From the NCBI GenBank assembly GCA_947601655.1, contig CANQGG010000005.1, positions 4,309 to 68,308 on the forward strand: 64,000 nt of DNA, given 5' to 3'. The notes under the pieces are model-generated. The model searched no databases. It saw only the letters and a list, made by a program, of their open reading frames with translations, and was not told where the DNA came from. Shown piece by piece: positions 37,861 to 48,349 of this stretch (its first letter is position 1; each line of letters begins with the position of its first letter). Made by a program: the position numbers and the translations under genes. This DNA is from an uncultured Akkermansia sp. (GTDB lineage: Bacteria > Verrucomicrobiota > Verrucomicrobiia > Verrucomicrobiales > Akkermansiaceae).

Positions 37861-38466
37861 ATGAAATACAAAATCCTCATTACAATGGGGCTCAGCGCCA
37901 TGTGCGCCGGAAGCCTTTTATGCGCCGCAGAAGTAAGACAGTTGCCTGCACCGGTAATCACGGGTGGCATGCCTCTGATGGATGCCATCAACAAGCGAGT
38001 TTCAGGACGTCTTTACGACAAAACTAAGAAGGTGGATGATCAAACGCTCAGTGAGATTCTCTGGGTAGCATGGGGGAAGAGCGCCTCCGGCAAGCGGACG
38101 ATACCCACGGCCAGGAACCAGATGAACATGAAGCTCTACCTGCTCACTACAACGGGGACTTGGATCTACAAGTCGGCAGAGAATACTCTGGAGAAAGTGA
38201 ACGATAAAAACCTCATTCCGCTCACAGCCACGCAGCCTTTTGTCAACGATGCACCGGTTCACCTGCTCTTTGTAGCAAAGGATGACGCCTGGGGAAAATG
38301 CCACGTGGGCTCCGCTTACCAGAATGTCTACCTGTACGCTACCGCAAAGGGTCTGGCAACGGTCGTGCGAGGACTTATTGACGACAAAGCGCTCACAGAA
38401 GAGCTGGGGCTGACCGACGGGGAAAGAGCCATCATTCACCAGACGGTGGGGTGGCCGGAGAAGTAA
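37861..38466 (+). CDS. Nitroreductase/SagB-family flavoprotein with signal peptide
   Basis: LMDAINKRVSGR, RTIPTARN, GSAYQNVYLYATAKGLATVVRG. Confidence 0.75.
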   Translation: MKYKILITMGLSAMCAGSLLCAAEVRQLPAPVITGGMPLMDAINKRVSGRLYDKTKKVDDQTLSEILWVAWGKSASGKRTIPTARNQMNMKLYLLTTTGTWIYKSAENTLEKVNDKNLIPLTATQPFVNDAPVHLLFVAKDDAWGKCHVGSAYQNVYLYATAKGLATVVRGLIDDKALTEELGLTDGERAIIHQTVGWPEK

Positions 38467-38551
38467 CCTCGGATGAGTTGTTGCCGCCTGTTTACGCACG
38501 TTAGTGAAGAAAATTGCACGAAGGCAATGTTAGAGCTAAGGTGTGGGGTGT

Positions 38552-38776
38552 ATGAAAACGAATCTGCTTTACTTCATATTCGGCATCGCAGCCTGCTCTG
38601 CCATGCGTTCGCTGTCGCAATGTTCCTGCGTGAAAGAATGGCGTAGCAAAGCCATGGAAAAGGGGCGCGAAATGGGGCAGCGAGCGAAGGACACTTGGAA
38701 TCACATGAGAGATGAAGCCAGGGAAAAAGCTTGCAACTGTGCAGCTCACGCCCAGACTGACGATGCGCAGGTTTGA
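38552..38776 (+). CDS. Small membrane-anchored hypothetical protein (YtxH-like layout)
   Basis: N-terminal hydrophobic segment plus charged helix; promoter TTGCAC-17-TAAGGT at 38514-38542. Confidence 0.55.
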   Translation: MKTNLLYFIFGIAACSAMRSLSQCSCVKEWRSKAMEKGREMGQRAKDTWNHMRDEAREKACNCAAHAQTDDAQV

Positions 38777-39476
38777 TACAGAGAAACCGGACATCGAGCA
38801 CAGGCATCATGCACTGGGGGAGCGCCACAAGACCTCCTCCGGTGCGCGGTGTCTGTTACAATTAGTCGCCATTTGCGGATTCTTTGCGATGTCACTGAAT
38901 TCGTGCATCAGTGACCAACAAATGCAAAATCGGGCGGCCATTTATCCTGCCTACGCCCCTCAGTACGGTCGTCCTTCTTCTCCGCCACGAATTGTGCGCG
39001 TCTCGGAGGCCGCACGTAACGGTATTCCCCCGGGTGGAGAAGACGTCGTACCGGGCGATTACGCATCTTTCCGTAACAGCATTGATTATCGCACCACCTT
39101 TTCCACGTGGCGGGATGACACCTTGCTGAACAGCGACGGTCAAAAGAGCGTGGTCATTGAACTTGGCAACCAGCGCGGTCAGTGCTTCGTCAACGGAGCC
39201 GTAGCCATGGACTTCCCGGTCTGCACCGGCTCGGGGAAACACCACACCCCCACTGGCATCTTCCACATCACACAGAAAGATCGCGACCACAGATCCAATC
39301 TCTACCACTGCGATATGCCTTACTTCATGCGTCTCACCGGTGACGGCATCGGAATGCATGTCGGTGACGTTTTTCGCGTTCCGGCTTCCCACGGTTGTAT
39401 TCGCATCACTCGCGCCGCCTGCATGGATCTCTTCCGCACCCTCCCCCACGGAACCGAGGTGTGCATCCGAGACTAA
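38763..39476 (+). CDS. L,D-transpeptidase (YkuD) family, probable lipoprotein
   Basis: TPTGIF, MPYFMRL, GIGMH...ASHGCIRI; lipobox-like LNSC; start uncertain. Confidence 0.8.
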   Translation: MRRFDTEKPDIEHRHHALGERHKTSSGARCLLQLVAICGFFAMSLNSCISDQQMQNRAAIYPAYAPQYGRPSSPPRIVRVSEAARNGIPPGGEDVVPGDYASFRNSIDYRTTFSTWRDDTLLNSDGQKSVVIELGNQRGQCFVNGAVAMDFPVCTGSGKHHTPTGIFHITQKDRDHRSNLYHCDMPYFMRLTGDGIGMHVGDVFRVPASHGCIRITRAACMDLFRTLPHGTEVCIRD

Positions 39477-39558
39477 GTCAGAAAAGGCGTGAAAAATGGG
39501 CGCCACTTGAACTTGTTTCGTTCTTCCCAAGTGAAAAACCTTATGTTATGATGGGCGC

Positions 39559-40821
39559 GTGAGTGAAAAAAGGCCCATCAATGTGCGGCGCAAAGAGGTG
39601 ATGCCGCAGGTACGCGAAGAAGTACAGCGTTACCGCAGCGACCTCATTGAAGGCATACGTGCGGGGGGGAATGTGCTGCAACTTCCTGGATTAGAAATCA
39701 GGTTGGCGAAGGCATTTGGATTTTGTGACGGTGTGCAACGTGCGATTGAAATCGCGTACGCTGCCTGCCACGTGATGAAGGGAAAGCGCATTTGGCTTAT
39801 CGGTGAAATCATCCACAACCCTGAAGTCAATGCCCGACTTGAGGCTCTCGGACTGCTGCACCTTCCATGGAACATCAATGGAGAAGGCTACGAGCACCTT
39901 GGCGCACAGGATGTGGTCATTATCCCGGCATTCGGAGTTTCTGTCAAACTGCGGAAACTTCTGGAAGAGCGAGGCGTACAGCTTGTTGACAGCACCTGCG
40001 GAAACGTGATTAAGGTGTGGCAGCGCGTTCGCTCGTACGCGCGGCGCGGCATCACCAGCATCATCCATGGAAAATCTCGCCACGAGGAGAGCATGGCCAC
40101 GGCATCCCACTCCCGCGGAGAAGATGGAAAGGGACGTTTCCTCATCATTTACAACGAGGAAGACGCCCGCATCGTCGCGAACTACATCGTACACGGCGGA
40201 GACAGAGAAACATTCCTCACGCATTTTGCAGGTTGCTACTCACCGGAATTCGATCCGGACGCGGACTTGCTGGAAATTGGCATGGCAAACCAAACTACCA
40301 TGCTAAAGGGAGAAACCACACGCTTTCAGCAGATGCTCCGCGATGCTGTGCAGCAGAGAGATGGATCGACAGAACGTTTCCACGCATTTGATACCATCTG
40401 CGGTGCCACGCAAGATCGCCAGCAAGCGCTGCTTGATCTCCTGGAAGAAAAACCGGACTGCGTCTTCATTATTGGCGGCTACAACAGCTCAAACACCTCC
40501 CATCTCGCGCAGATCGCAGCTCGACAACTCCCCACTTACTTCGTCCGAGACTCCGCCTGCTTACCTGATCTGCTACACGTGCGAGGATTCAATATCGACA
40601 CCCGAACAGAGGAAGATATCCCCCTGCAGGATGTTGCACGCGATTTTTCACGTACCTGGAGAATCGGTCTTACGGCCGGCGCTTCCTGCCCGGCCAACAT
40701 CATAGAAGGCGTCATTCTTCGCTTAGCGGAACTGCGAGGCGCAATGTCTGAGGGCGTACTTATTTCACCGGTGATTGAACCGGCGACGCAGACCGTTAAA
40801 AAACCGCATAGGGAACGGTGA
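39559..40821 (+). CDS. ispH: 4-hydroxy-3-methylbut-2-enyl diphosphate reductase
   Basis: FGFCDGVQRA, IIHNP, DSTCGNV, HEE, DTICGATQDRQ, GGYNSSNT, TAGAS. Confidence 0.93.
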   Translation: MSEKRPINVRRKEVMPQVREEVQRYRSDLIEGIRAGGNVLQLPGLEIRLAKAFGFCDGVQRAIEIAYAACHVMKGKRIWLIGEIIHNPEVNARLEALGLLHLPWNINGEGYEHLGAQDVVIIPAFGVSVKLRKLLEERGVQLVDSTCGNVIKVWQRVRSYARRGITSIIHGKSRHEESMATASHSRGEDGKGRFLIIYNEEDARIVANYIVHGGDRETFLTHFAGCYSPEFDPDADLLEIGMANQTTMLKGETTRFQQMLRDAVQQRDGSTERFHAFDTICGATQDRQQALLDLLEEKPDCVFIIGGYNSSNTSHLAQIAARQLPTYFVRDSACLPDLLHVRGFNIDTRTEEDIPLQDVARDFSRTWRIGLTAGASCPANIIEGVILRLAELRGAMSEGVLISPVIEPATQTVKKPHRER

Positions 40822-42774
40822 ATTCACCGGTGCGTCAGATTCATCGGTCGAGGGTCTGTTTTGCCTGCTATGAACCCCTGTCTTCGTATCAGAGGATGTT
40901 CCTGGGGAGGCGTTGACATAAAATGATCTGAGAGGAGCGTAACCTCTTTGTTCCATGAGCGAATCCCATGCCCGCGGCAGAACGATGCGCCGTACTGCCC
41001 ACGCACCGCCCGGCAGACACATTGCTTTATTGCGGTTTGCGTCGCCGGTAACAAGAATGGCAGTCTTTCCCTGCTGCATGGCGGGTACAGTGCAGATAGA
41101 TTGCTGCCTGGTCCACACCAGCCAGGGAGGCGTTGGGGTGTCCTGAGCGTTCTCATTGTGAGAAATACGGGCGACATGCCGATGGAAAGGGTAGGAGGAA
41201 GGATTGAACGAACTGCCCGGGTTGGCATAATAATTGGCAAAAGCACGCTCCTGCAGGGGCACACGTGCCAACCGGACAATCGCCTCCTCCAGCTTTTCTT
41301 TACTGAGAAATCCACCGTGCATAAGATCCTGCGCCACGGGCTCTGTGATAAGAAAAACGCGATACACAAACGGCATCCCGCTACCGAGAGCAAACTGTTG
41401 CTTCTGAGTGGCTTCCCATGCAAGGAGTTCCACGATCTTCTGCGCATCCGTTGTAGCGGGCGAGAGATTATTGCCCCAGCAGAGAGCAGAGGCGACGGTG
41501 AGAGTATTGTCGTTCACCGCAAAGCCGCACTGCATTTGGTGCGTACGCCAACCGAGGCGCAAAGTTGCCTCCTCATCCTCAGCGAGGCACCATGGCATTA
41601 GATAACCAAAGGTGCCCATACGATTTTTCTTCACCTCATAACCGCCGAAATTAATGAGCGCAAGGTTCATGAAACGACCTAACACTGCGTTACGTTGCGC
41701 AGAAATCTCCCCCTGGGCATGATCGAGCGCAAGCTGACGAGAAATGGGACCTCCCAGCCAGCAATAGGGGTTCCACGCGTGCGTACTGGAAAGCGTGCGC
41801 CGGAAATCCCCATCGCAGAGCGCTTGCGTGAGTGCCACAAGAACCGGCATGAATTCCGGCGGACACCCCGCCATCACGCCGTTCACGGCTACCTGTTGCA
41901 CCGTAACGACGCGCTGCGACGGAGGCACTACGGCGACGGGAGCGCCGGGTTCCGCATCGCTGAAGCGCAAGAATTCCGCCACGGCTTGTGGTGTGGGCGG
42001 CAGAATGGGCAGTCCATCCGTCCAGCCCATGGAGGTAAAATGGCGATTCACCTCGGCAACGGAGCCGGAAAATACAATTCCTTTCTGCACGGCACCGGTA
42101 TTCTGTGTAACTTCGGCTTTTTCAGCCTCGGTAAAAGGAGTGGTGAGAGCCTTCTCAATCTGCGGCCAGAGCACCTTGCGGGTGTTCTCGATAAGCTGCT
42201 GCTCTGTATCGGATGCAAATGCACCGGGATACACCGCCACTCGGGCAACGCGCACCCCCGCCGCCCGTGCCGTTGATTTTGCCTGAGCTACAAATCCCGG
42301 AGCGGCAATCATTACCGATGGGAGTCCGGCATGTTCCGCCGCGATACAGGAGCCCATCTCCCTGGGTGTACAGAGACCACATCCGCCATTACCGGACACC
42401 ACGGCATCCACGTGCTTCTCGCGCAGTGCCGCCATGAACTCCTCCTTTTGCCGGCGTTTCACCCCCGATGCAGGCCAGGGTCCGGCGCTTCCGATTTCAC
42501 CAAGCATTATCACGTGCGCCTGCGGATATTTTGCCAGGATCAGTCGCTTAAGTTCCGGATGTGTCACACGTGCCATAAAGCTACCACCCACCAAGGCAAT
42601 CGTCTTTCCCTGCAGGGTATCAAGTCTGGGCGCCTGCCGCACTGGCTGCACCTTTTCCTCTCCCACAGGACATAAGACATCCACGCTCTCCTCCACTCTG
42701 CAGACACCATCCCCACACTCCTGTGCTGCCAGTAATCCGACACTCAGCAAAATCATGGTTAATATAAACCGCAT
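40765..42774 (-). CDS. Secreted UGSC-family-like CxxC protein fused to a conserved uncharacterised domain
   Basis: Signal peptide; APRLDTLQGKTI, GNGGCGLC, GWTDGLPILPPT, NGVMAGC; family assignment from memory. Confidence 0.6.
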   Translation of the reverse strand: MRFILTMILLSVGLLAAQECGDGVCRVEESVDVLCPVGEEKVQPVRQAPRLDTLQGKTIALVGGSFMARVTHPELKRLILAKYPQAHVIMLGEIGSAGPWPASGVKRRQKEEFMAALREKHVDAVVSGNGGCGLCTPREMGSCIAAEHAGLPSVMIAAPGFVAQAKSTARAAGVRVARVAVYPGAFASDTEQQLIENTRKVLWPQIEKALTTPFTEAEKAEVTQNTGAVQKGIVFSGSVAEVNRHFTSMGWTDGLPILPPTPQAVAEFLRFSDAEPGAPVAVVPPSQRVVTVQQVAVNGVMAGCPPEFMPVLVALTQALCDGDFRRTLSSTHAWNPYCWLGGPISRQLALDHAQGEISAQRNAVLGRFMNLALINFGGYEVKKNRMGTFGYLMPWCLAEDEEATLRLGWRTHQMQCGFAVNDNTLTVASALCWGNNLSPATTDAQKIVELLAWEATQKQQFALGSGMPFVYRVFLITEPVAQDLMHGGFLSKEKLEEAIVRLARVPLQERAFANYYANPGSSFNPSSYPFHRHVARISHNENAQDTPTPPWLVWTRQQSICTVPAMQQGKTAILVTGDANRNKAMCLPGGAWAVRRIVLPRAWDSLMEQRGYAPLRSFYVNASPGTSSDTKTGVHSRQNRPSTDESDAPVNSPFPMRFFNGLRRRFNHR

Positions 42775-42888
42775 GCTCCTCCTATAACACGACTAAAGGG
42801 TGAAGACAAGAAAGTTACGACACAGCAAACGCATTTTCCTGCGTTTACCCTTGCCCCGAATAACACGTTCTGTTAGAATGGTGCTGGC

Positions 42889-43401
42889 GTGTATCGTTTT
42901 CTTCTCTTACTTTTTGGATTTCTCCTTCTGCAGGGATGCCAGCAGCAGGAGATGCGCTACACGCCGAATTACGTATACCGTAAGGGCTACACCGTCAAAC
43001 TTGTGTATGGCAGAGCCATCGCTCCTTCCCATGCGCCGCCGCGCATCAAGCGCGCCATCGCTGCTGCCAACAAGATCGTCGGTAAACCCTACCGCCGTGG
43101 TGGTGGGCACGGCAGACACCTTGACTCTGCCTATGATTGCTCTGGATCCGTTGCTTTCGTGCTGCGCGAAGCTGGTATGCTGCGTGCCGGAACTCATCCC
43201 ACCTCCGGAGATTTCTTGCGTTGGGGCAGACCGGGTTATGGGAAATGGCTTACAGTATACACAAAGCCAGGTCACGTCTTCTTGATTATCGCGGGTGCCA
43301 GATTTGATACAACGGGCAGCGGAAGGGGAGTTGGACCGCGTTGGTACACGAAGTCACGTGGATGCAGTGGATTCAAAGTGCGGCATATCCCTGGCTATTG
43401 A
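42889..43401 (+). CDS. NlpC/P60 peptidoglycan endopeptidase lipoprotein
   Basis: Lipobox LQGC; KPYRRGGG, YDCSGSV, HVFL; promoter TTGCCC-17-TAGAAT. Confidence 0.85.
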   Translation: MYRFLLLLFGFLLLQGCQQQEMRYTPNYVYRKGYTVKLVYGRAIAPSHAPPRIKRAIAAANKIVGKPYRRGGGHGRHLDSAYDCSGSVAFVLREAGMLRAGTHPTSGDFLRWGRPGYGKWLTVYTKPGHVFLIIAGARFDTTGSGRGVGPRWYTKSRGCSGFKVRHIPGY

Positions 43402-43453
43402 CACGTTCGACATATTCCGGAACAACATTATTCGAAAGGGGGCAAGAAGAAAG

Positions 43454-43810
43454 ATGGCTGAAAAAGACCAAACGAAGCGAGAATATGGCACCCAGCGATT
43501 AGATGACATCATGCGCAGATGGGGTTTGAGCAACCACGACATGGTGCTGGTTGGGGGAGCTTCGGAACAGTTAACGCATAAGCAAGTGCAACGTGCACGC
43601 AATGGAAGGAAACTGACATTTGGAATGATGCAGAAAATAATGCGGGTATTGAACGAGGCAGTGCGAAAGAAAATCTCTCCGGAAAGGGCAGAAGAGTTTC
43701 ACCCTTACCTGCACCGGGAGTTATTTTCGTACGCAAAGGGATATGATGCGGCGTGGATGGACCCAAACCGCACCCTTTATCCTGAAAACACAGAGAACGA
43801 GCAGCCATGA
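43454..43810 (+). CDS. Hypothetical protein, possible HTH DNA-binding fold
   Basis: 118-aa ORF coupled (ATGA) to xseA; LTHKQVQRARNG resembles an HTH recognition helix. Confidence 0.55.
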   Translation: MAEKDQTKREYGTQRLDDIMRRWGLSNHDMVLVGGASEQLTHKQVQRARNGRKLTFGMMQKIMRVLNEAVRKKISPERAEEFHPYLHRELFSYAKGYDAAWMDPNRTLYPENTENEQP

Positions 43811-45168
43811 CAGAAAGCGAAGAAGCTTGGAGTGTAAGCAATTTGCTCAGCTTTCTCAAAAATACCGTGGAAGGAGCCGTCGGCACCTGCAGAGTGGTCG
43901 GAGAAGTAAGTGGCTGTCGACAACCAAGCAGTGGACATATCTATTTTACACTCAAAGATTCGAGTGCTCAGCTCTCCTGCGTGGTCTACCGTTTCCGAGC
44001 AGGCCTGTTTACCGCACATTTGAAGGAGGGAATGCTGGTACAACTCACAGGCACTCCGACCGTTTGGGAAGGGCGCGGTTCGCTGCAGTTTATTGTCTCA
44101 CACGTGAGGGAAGCTGGGGTAGGTTCCCTCCAGCAACAATTTGAAGCGCTGAAGGAGAAACTCCGAGCTGAAGGTCTCTTTGCCCAAGAACGTAAACGCA
44201 AGTTGCCCCGCTACCCTCGGACGGTGGGATTGGTAACCTCCGCCACAGGAGCGGTAATTCAGGATATGCGACACAGGCTGGAGCAACGCGCACCGTGGAT
44301 TCGCGCGTACCTGCTGCCGGTTCCGGTGCAGGGGAAAGGCGCGGAGCTGAAACTGGCAGACGCGCTGCGCCGATGGAGTGAACCAGAAAAGCATGGGCTG
44401 CCAGCGGTGGAATACATCATTATCGCACGCGGCGGCGGATCGCAGGAAGACCTCAACTGTTTCAACCAGGAAATCCTCGCTCGCGCCATTGCCGCCTGCA
44501 GTGTGCCTGTCGTCTCTGCTGTCGGCCATGAAACGGACTTCACCATCGCTGATTTCGTGGCAGATCTCCGAGCTCCGACCCCCACTGCGGCCATTGAGCT
44601 AACCACTCCGGATGCCTCTGCTCTGCATGCCATGCTGTGCGAGACTGAAACCCGTCTGCGGCATACTGTGCGTCGAAGACTCGAGAAGGCTCATCTCGAA
44701 CTGCGCGTGCTGGAGAGCGGCGCCCTGCGTCATCCTCTCGATCTGCTGGCACCGCACGTCCAGCGCATCGATATGTTCCAGGAAGAACTCATCGACAGCA
44801 CAAAACGACGACTTACCCATGCTTTGCATACGCTGGATCTCTACCACTCCCGCATTAACATTCCTCGCTTACTTGCCATCGTGGAGCGAGGGCAAGAACA
44901 GCTAGCTGCGATACGGCAGAAAATCGCGATGCAACTCAATATTGTTCTGAATCGTCAACGTAGCGCTCTCGACCTGCAGGAACAACGCTTGCTCGCCGCA
45001 AGTCCGCATCATGCTCTCCAGCGAGGCTTTACCCTCGTGTACAGCGAGAGAGGCACCCTCATCAAACGTGCGACGGATGCTACAACACGGCTCCGAATTC
45101 AATTTGCCGACGGCTCTATTGACGCCCTTCCTCTTAATGACGCACAGAAGCAGAGCACTTCTTCTTGA
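43807..45168 (+). CDS. xseA: Exodeoxyribonuclease VII large subunit
   Basis: SGHIYFTLKD, GAVIQD, RGGGS.EDL..FN, SAVGHETD, RAPTPTAA. Confidence 0.95.
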   Translation: MTESEEAWSVSNLLSFLKNTVEGAVGTCRVVGEVSGCRQPSSGHIYFTLKDSSAQLSCVVYRFRAGLFTAHLKEGMLVQLTGTPTVWEGRGSLQFIVSHVREAGVGSLQQQFEALKEKLRAEGLFAQERKRKLPRYPRTVGLVTSATGAVIQDMRHRLEQRAPWIRAYLLPVPVQGKGAELKLADALRRWSEPEKHGLPAVEYIIIARGGGSQEDLNCFNQEILARAIAACSVPVVSAVGHETDFTIADFVADLRAPTPTAAIELTTPDASALHAMLCETETRLRHTVRRRLEKAHLELRVLESGALRHPLDLLAPHVQRIDMFQEELIDSTKRRLTHALHTLDLYHSRINIPRLLAIVERGQEQLAAIRQKIAMQLNIVLNRQRSALDLQEQRLLAASPHHALQRGFTLVYSERGTLIKRATDATTRLRIQFADGSIDALPLNDAQKQSTSS

Positions 45169-45211
45169 CTTTTTGCACCACTGCGCTAAACTTGCGCGCA
45201 CATATTTTACC

Positions 45212-47062
45212 ATGAACGCGTACAGAACTCACACCTGCAATCAACTTCGTCCATCCCACATCGGTGAGCGCGTCTCGCTCGTCGGCTGGGTCGATACTGT
45301 GCGTGATCACGGCGGCGTGATCTTCATCGATCTGCGGGATCGCGAGGGCAAGACCCAGGTCGTCTTCCACCCGGAAGTGGATCCGGAGCTGGTAAAACAG
45401 GCGGAAATATTGCGCGTGGAAAGCGTCATCTGTGTGGAGGGCAAAGTCGTGGGGCGTTTGAAGACGGATGAGGTAGATGCCACTAACCCGGATTTAGCAA
45501 CCGGAGAAATTGAGGTAGAGGCGGATGGAATGAAGGTGTTGAACCGCGCAGCAGTGCTTCCTTTCCAACTGGATCGCCACGTGGCAAACGAAGATCTTCG
45601 CCTCAAGTACCGTTTCCTGGATCTGCGACGCCCGGAAATGCAGCGCAATATAATGCTGCGCCACCGCATTACCAAAACGACGCGTGATTACCTTGATGAG
45701 CAGGGTTTCCTGGAAATTGAGACCCCTATCCTTTCCAAAAGTACGCCGGAGGGGGCGCGCGACTTCCTCGTGCCAAGCCGCCTGAGCCCCGGTACATTTT
45801 ACGCGCTGCCACAAGCTCCGCAGCAGTACAAGCAACTACTCATGGTGGCGGGGTTGGAGAAATATTTCCAAGTGGCTCGTTGCTTCCGCGACGAAGACCT
45901 CCGGGCCGACCGCCAACCGGAGTTCACACAAATTGATATCGAGGCTTCTTTCATCACCCCGGAGAATATATACGGATGGGTGGAAGAAATGCTTCAGCGC
46001 GTCTTCCGCGAAGCCATCGGGCGAGAAATCTCCATCCCCTTCCCTCGAGTCACGTGGCATGATGCCATGAATCAATTTGGCTCTGACAAACCGGATCGTC
46101 GCTTCGGCATGAAGCTTACTGACTGCTCGGATATTTTTGCTAAGAGTGACTTCCGTGTGTTCGCCTCCGCAATTGCCGAGGGCGGCGTGGTGAAAGCCAT
46201 TAATGCCAAAGCATTTTCACCCTCTGTGGGTCAGGTGGACTCCCTCACGCAAACGGCGGTGGAAGCCGGGGCCAAAGGGCTTGCCTACATCAAAGTGCGG
46301 GATGTGAACGACCGCGACGGCTGGAAGAGCCCCATCACGAAGCGTCTCTCAGATGCCGAAATCAGCGCGTTGAAAGAGCGCCTCAACATTGAAGACGGTG
46401 ACTGTATTTTCTTCGCCGCAGGTCCGTGGGAACAGAGTTGCACCATACTTGGTCGCGTGCGCTTGGAGTGCGCAGAGTACATGGAGCTGCTCAAAGACAA
46501 CACGGACGTAGATCTCTTCTGGGTCACGCGTTTCCCGCTCTTTGGCTGGGACGCGGAAACACAGCGTTTCTGTGCCATCCACCATCCCTTCACACGTCCG
46601 GTTCCGGAGGATGTGGAGAAGGTTCTGCGCGGGGAAATCTCCACGGATTTATGTGCTGAAGCATACGACATTATCCTCAACGGCAACGAATTAGGAGGTG
46701 GTTCTATCCGTATCCACGAACGTGACCTGCAGGATGCTACCTTCCGCGCCCTTGGATTGGATGAAGCAACCATCCAAGAGCAGTTCGGACACCTGCTCTC
46801 TGCTTTCTCCTTTGGAGCTCCGCCGCATGGCGGTCTCGCGCTGGGACTGGACCGTGTGGTGATGCTGCTGGGTAACTGCTCCTCGATCCGCGAAGTTATA
46901 GCCTTTCCGAAGAACAACCGCGGAGCGGATCTTATGAGCGATTCTCCCGCTCCGGCAGAACAGAATCAGCTGCGCGACATCCACATTCAGATCAAGCTGC
47001 CGGAGAAGCTGCGCGTTAAGCTGGAAGCGAACGCCAAGTGCGAGACGCCGCCTGAAAAATAG
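45212..47062 (+). CDS. aspS: Aspartate--tRNA ligase
   Basis: YRTHTC, RDHGGVIFIDLRD, TPEGARDF, FRDEDLRADRQPEFTQ, PPHGGLALGLDR. Confidence 0.97.
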   Translation: MNAYRTHTCNQLRPSHIGERVSLVGWVDTVRDHGGVIFIDLRDREGKTQVVFHPEVDPELVKQAEILRVESVICVEGKVVGRLKTDEVDATNPDLATGEIEVEADGMKVLNRAAVLPFQLDRHVANEDLRLKYRFLDLRRPEMQRNIMLRHRITKTTRDYLDEQGFLEIETPILSKSTPEGARDFLVPSRLSPGTFYALPQAPQQYKQLLMVAGLEKYFQVARCFRDEDLRADRQPEFTQIDIEASFITPENIYGWVEEMLQRVFREAIGREISIPFPRVTWHDAMNQFGSDKPDRRFGMKLTDCSDIFAKSDFRVFASAIAEGGVVKAINAKAFSPSVGQVDSLTQTAVEAGAKGLAYIKVRDVNDRDGWKSPITKRLSDAEISALKERLNIEDGDCIFFAAGPWEQSCTILGRVRLECAEYMELLKDNTDVDLFWVTRFPLFGWDAETQRFCAIHHPFTRPVPEDVEKVLRGEISTDLCAEAYDIILNGNELGGGSIRIHERDLQDATFRALGLDEATIQEQFGHLLSAFSFGAPPHGGLALGLDRVVMLLGNCSSIREVIAFPKNNRGADLMSDSPAPAEQNQLRDIHIQIKLPEKLRVKLEANAKCETPPEK

Positions 47063-47102
47063 ATTCGTCCTTCCCTCTCTTTGCTCCCCGGTACCCAATA
47101 CC

Positions 47103-48245
47103 ATGAAGATCTACGTCATAGCTGGGGAAAAAAGTGGCGACAAACAGGGGGCGCTGCTTATGAAGGAGTTGCTTGCTCGGCGTCCGGATACTGAGTTCTA
47201 CGGACTGGGAGGCAGCGAGATGCACGCCGTGGCAGAGGGGGTGCGCGACTGGGCGGAACAAGCCGCGGTCATTGGCGTAGTAGAGGTGCTACGCCATGCC
47301 CGGTTCTTCCTGCGCGAACTTAAGGCTATGGAAAGGCGGATCGCAGAGGATAAACCGGCTCTACTTATTCTTATTGACTACCCCGGCTTCAATCAGCGAC
47401 TCGCCGAACGTGTGCACAAACGCTGCCCTGACACTAAAATCGCGTGGTTTATTGCCCCGATGGTCTGGGCCTGGCACAAGGGACGCTTACCAAAGCTTGC
47501 ACGTGATTTGGATCTCATGCTCTGCACCTTCCCCTTTGAGAAGATTCATTTCGAAAATGCCGGACTGCGCACGGAATTTGTAGGGCATCCGCTGGCAGAT
47601 GATATCGCCGCCACTAAACAGAGCGACAAACGGGAGGAGAATCTTATCGGTCTCTTCCCCGGTTCTCGCTCTCGCGAGATAGAAAAACATTTCCCGGTTT
47701 TCCTGCAGCTCATCCGCAGAGCGAAGGAGAAACACCCTGAATGGCATTTTGAAGTCTCTGCCAGTAACCCGCGGCTGGAACTTCAGATGCGCAAAATCGC
47801 AGCACATGAAGGTTTCCGTGATGCTGATCTCCCGCCCATCGGCGTCGGTACTTACCACGAGCTCATGGATCGCGCCACAGTGGCGTTGGTTACCTCCGGC
47901 ACAGCCACGCTCGAGGCGGCCTTGCATGACCTACCCTTTATTCTCGTCTACAAAGTAGCGTGGGGAACGTATATACTCGGTCGTCTGCTGCTCACTATTC
48001 GTTTCATCGGTATGGTGAATATTTTGGCCGATGCACCGGTAACCACGGAGCTTATCCAGCACGATTTTTCCCCACAGCGCTGCATGCAGGAACTCGAAAA
48101 GCTCATGCTTCCTGAACAACGCAAAGAAACCCTGCGTAATGTGCAAGCTGCTGTTTCCTCCCTCTCAAGACGAGGGGGCGCTGCAGCCCAGGCAGCTGAA
48201 GCTATTCTCTCTCTCCTTGAACAAAAGGGAATTCCTCGTTCGTAG
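47103..48245 (+). CDS. lpxB: Lipid-A-disaccharide synthase
   Basis: AGEKSGD, IDYPGFN, PFE, VGHPL, LFPGSR..E, SGTATLE. Confidence 0.94.
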   Translation: MKIYVIAGEKSGDKQGALLMKELLARRPDTEFYGLGGSEMHAVAEGVRDWAEQAAVIGVVEVLRHARFFLRELKAMERRIAEDKPALLILIDYPGFNQRLAERVHKRCPDTKIAWFIAPMVWAWHKGRLPKLARDLDLMLCTFPFEKIHFENAGLRTEFVGHPLADDIAATKQSDKREENLIGLFPGSRSREIEKHFPVFLQLIRRAKEKHPEWHFEVSASNPRLELQMRKIAAHEGFRDADLPPIGVGTYHELMDRATVALVTSGTATLEAALHDLPFILVYKVAWGTYILGRLLLTIRFIGMVNILADAPVTTELIQHDFSPQRCMQELEKLMLPEQRKETLRNVQAAVSSLSRRGGAAAQAAEAILSLLEQKGIPRS

Positions 48246-48349
48246 CAAAAAAATTCTAACCACTTGTAGAAAATGAGGAGAAGTTTTCGTCCCTCCCTGT
48301 GGAGGGGAAGTGTGTCTTCCCCCTCTCAATCACCAAAACCTAGATCAAC

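Noticed and set aside
40765-42774. Possible selenocysteine recoding in the UGSC-like gene
   Set aside because: The ORF is uninterrupted, with Cys at the motif and no in-frame TGA
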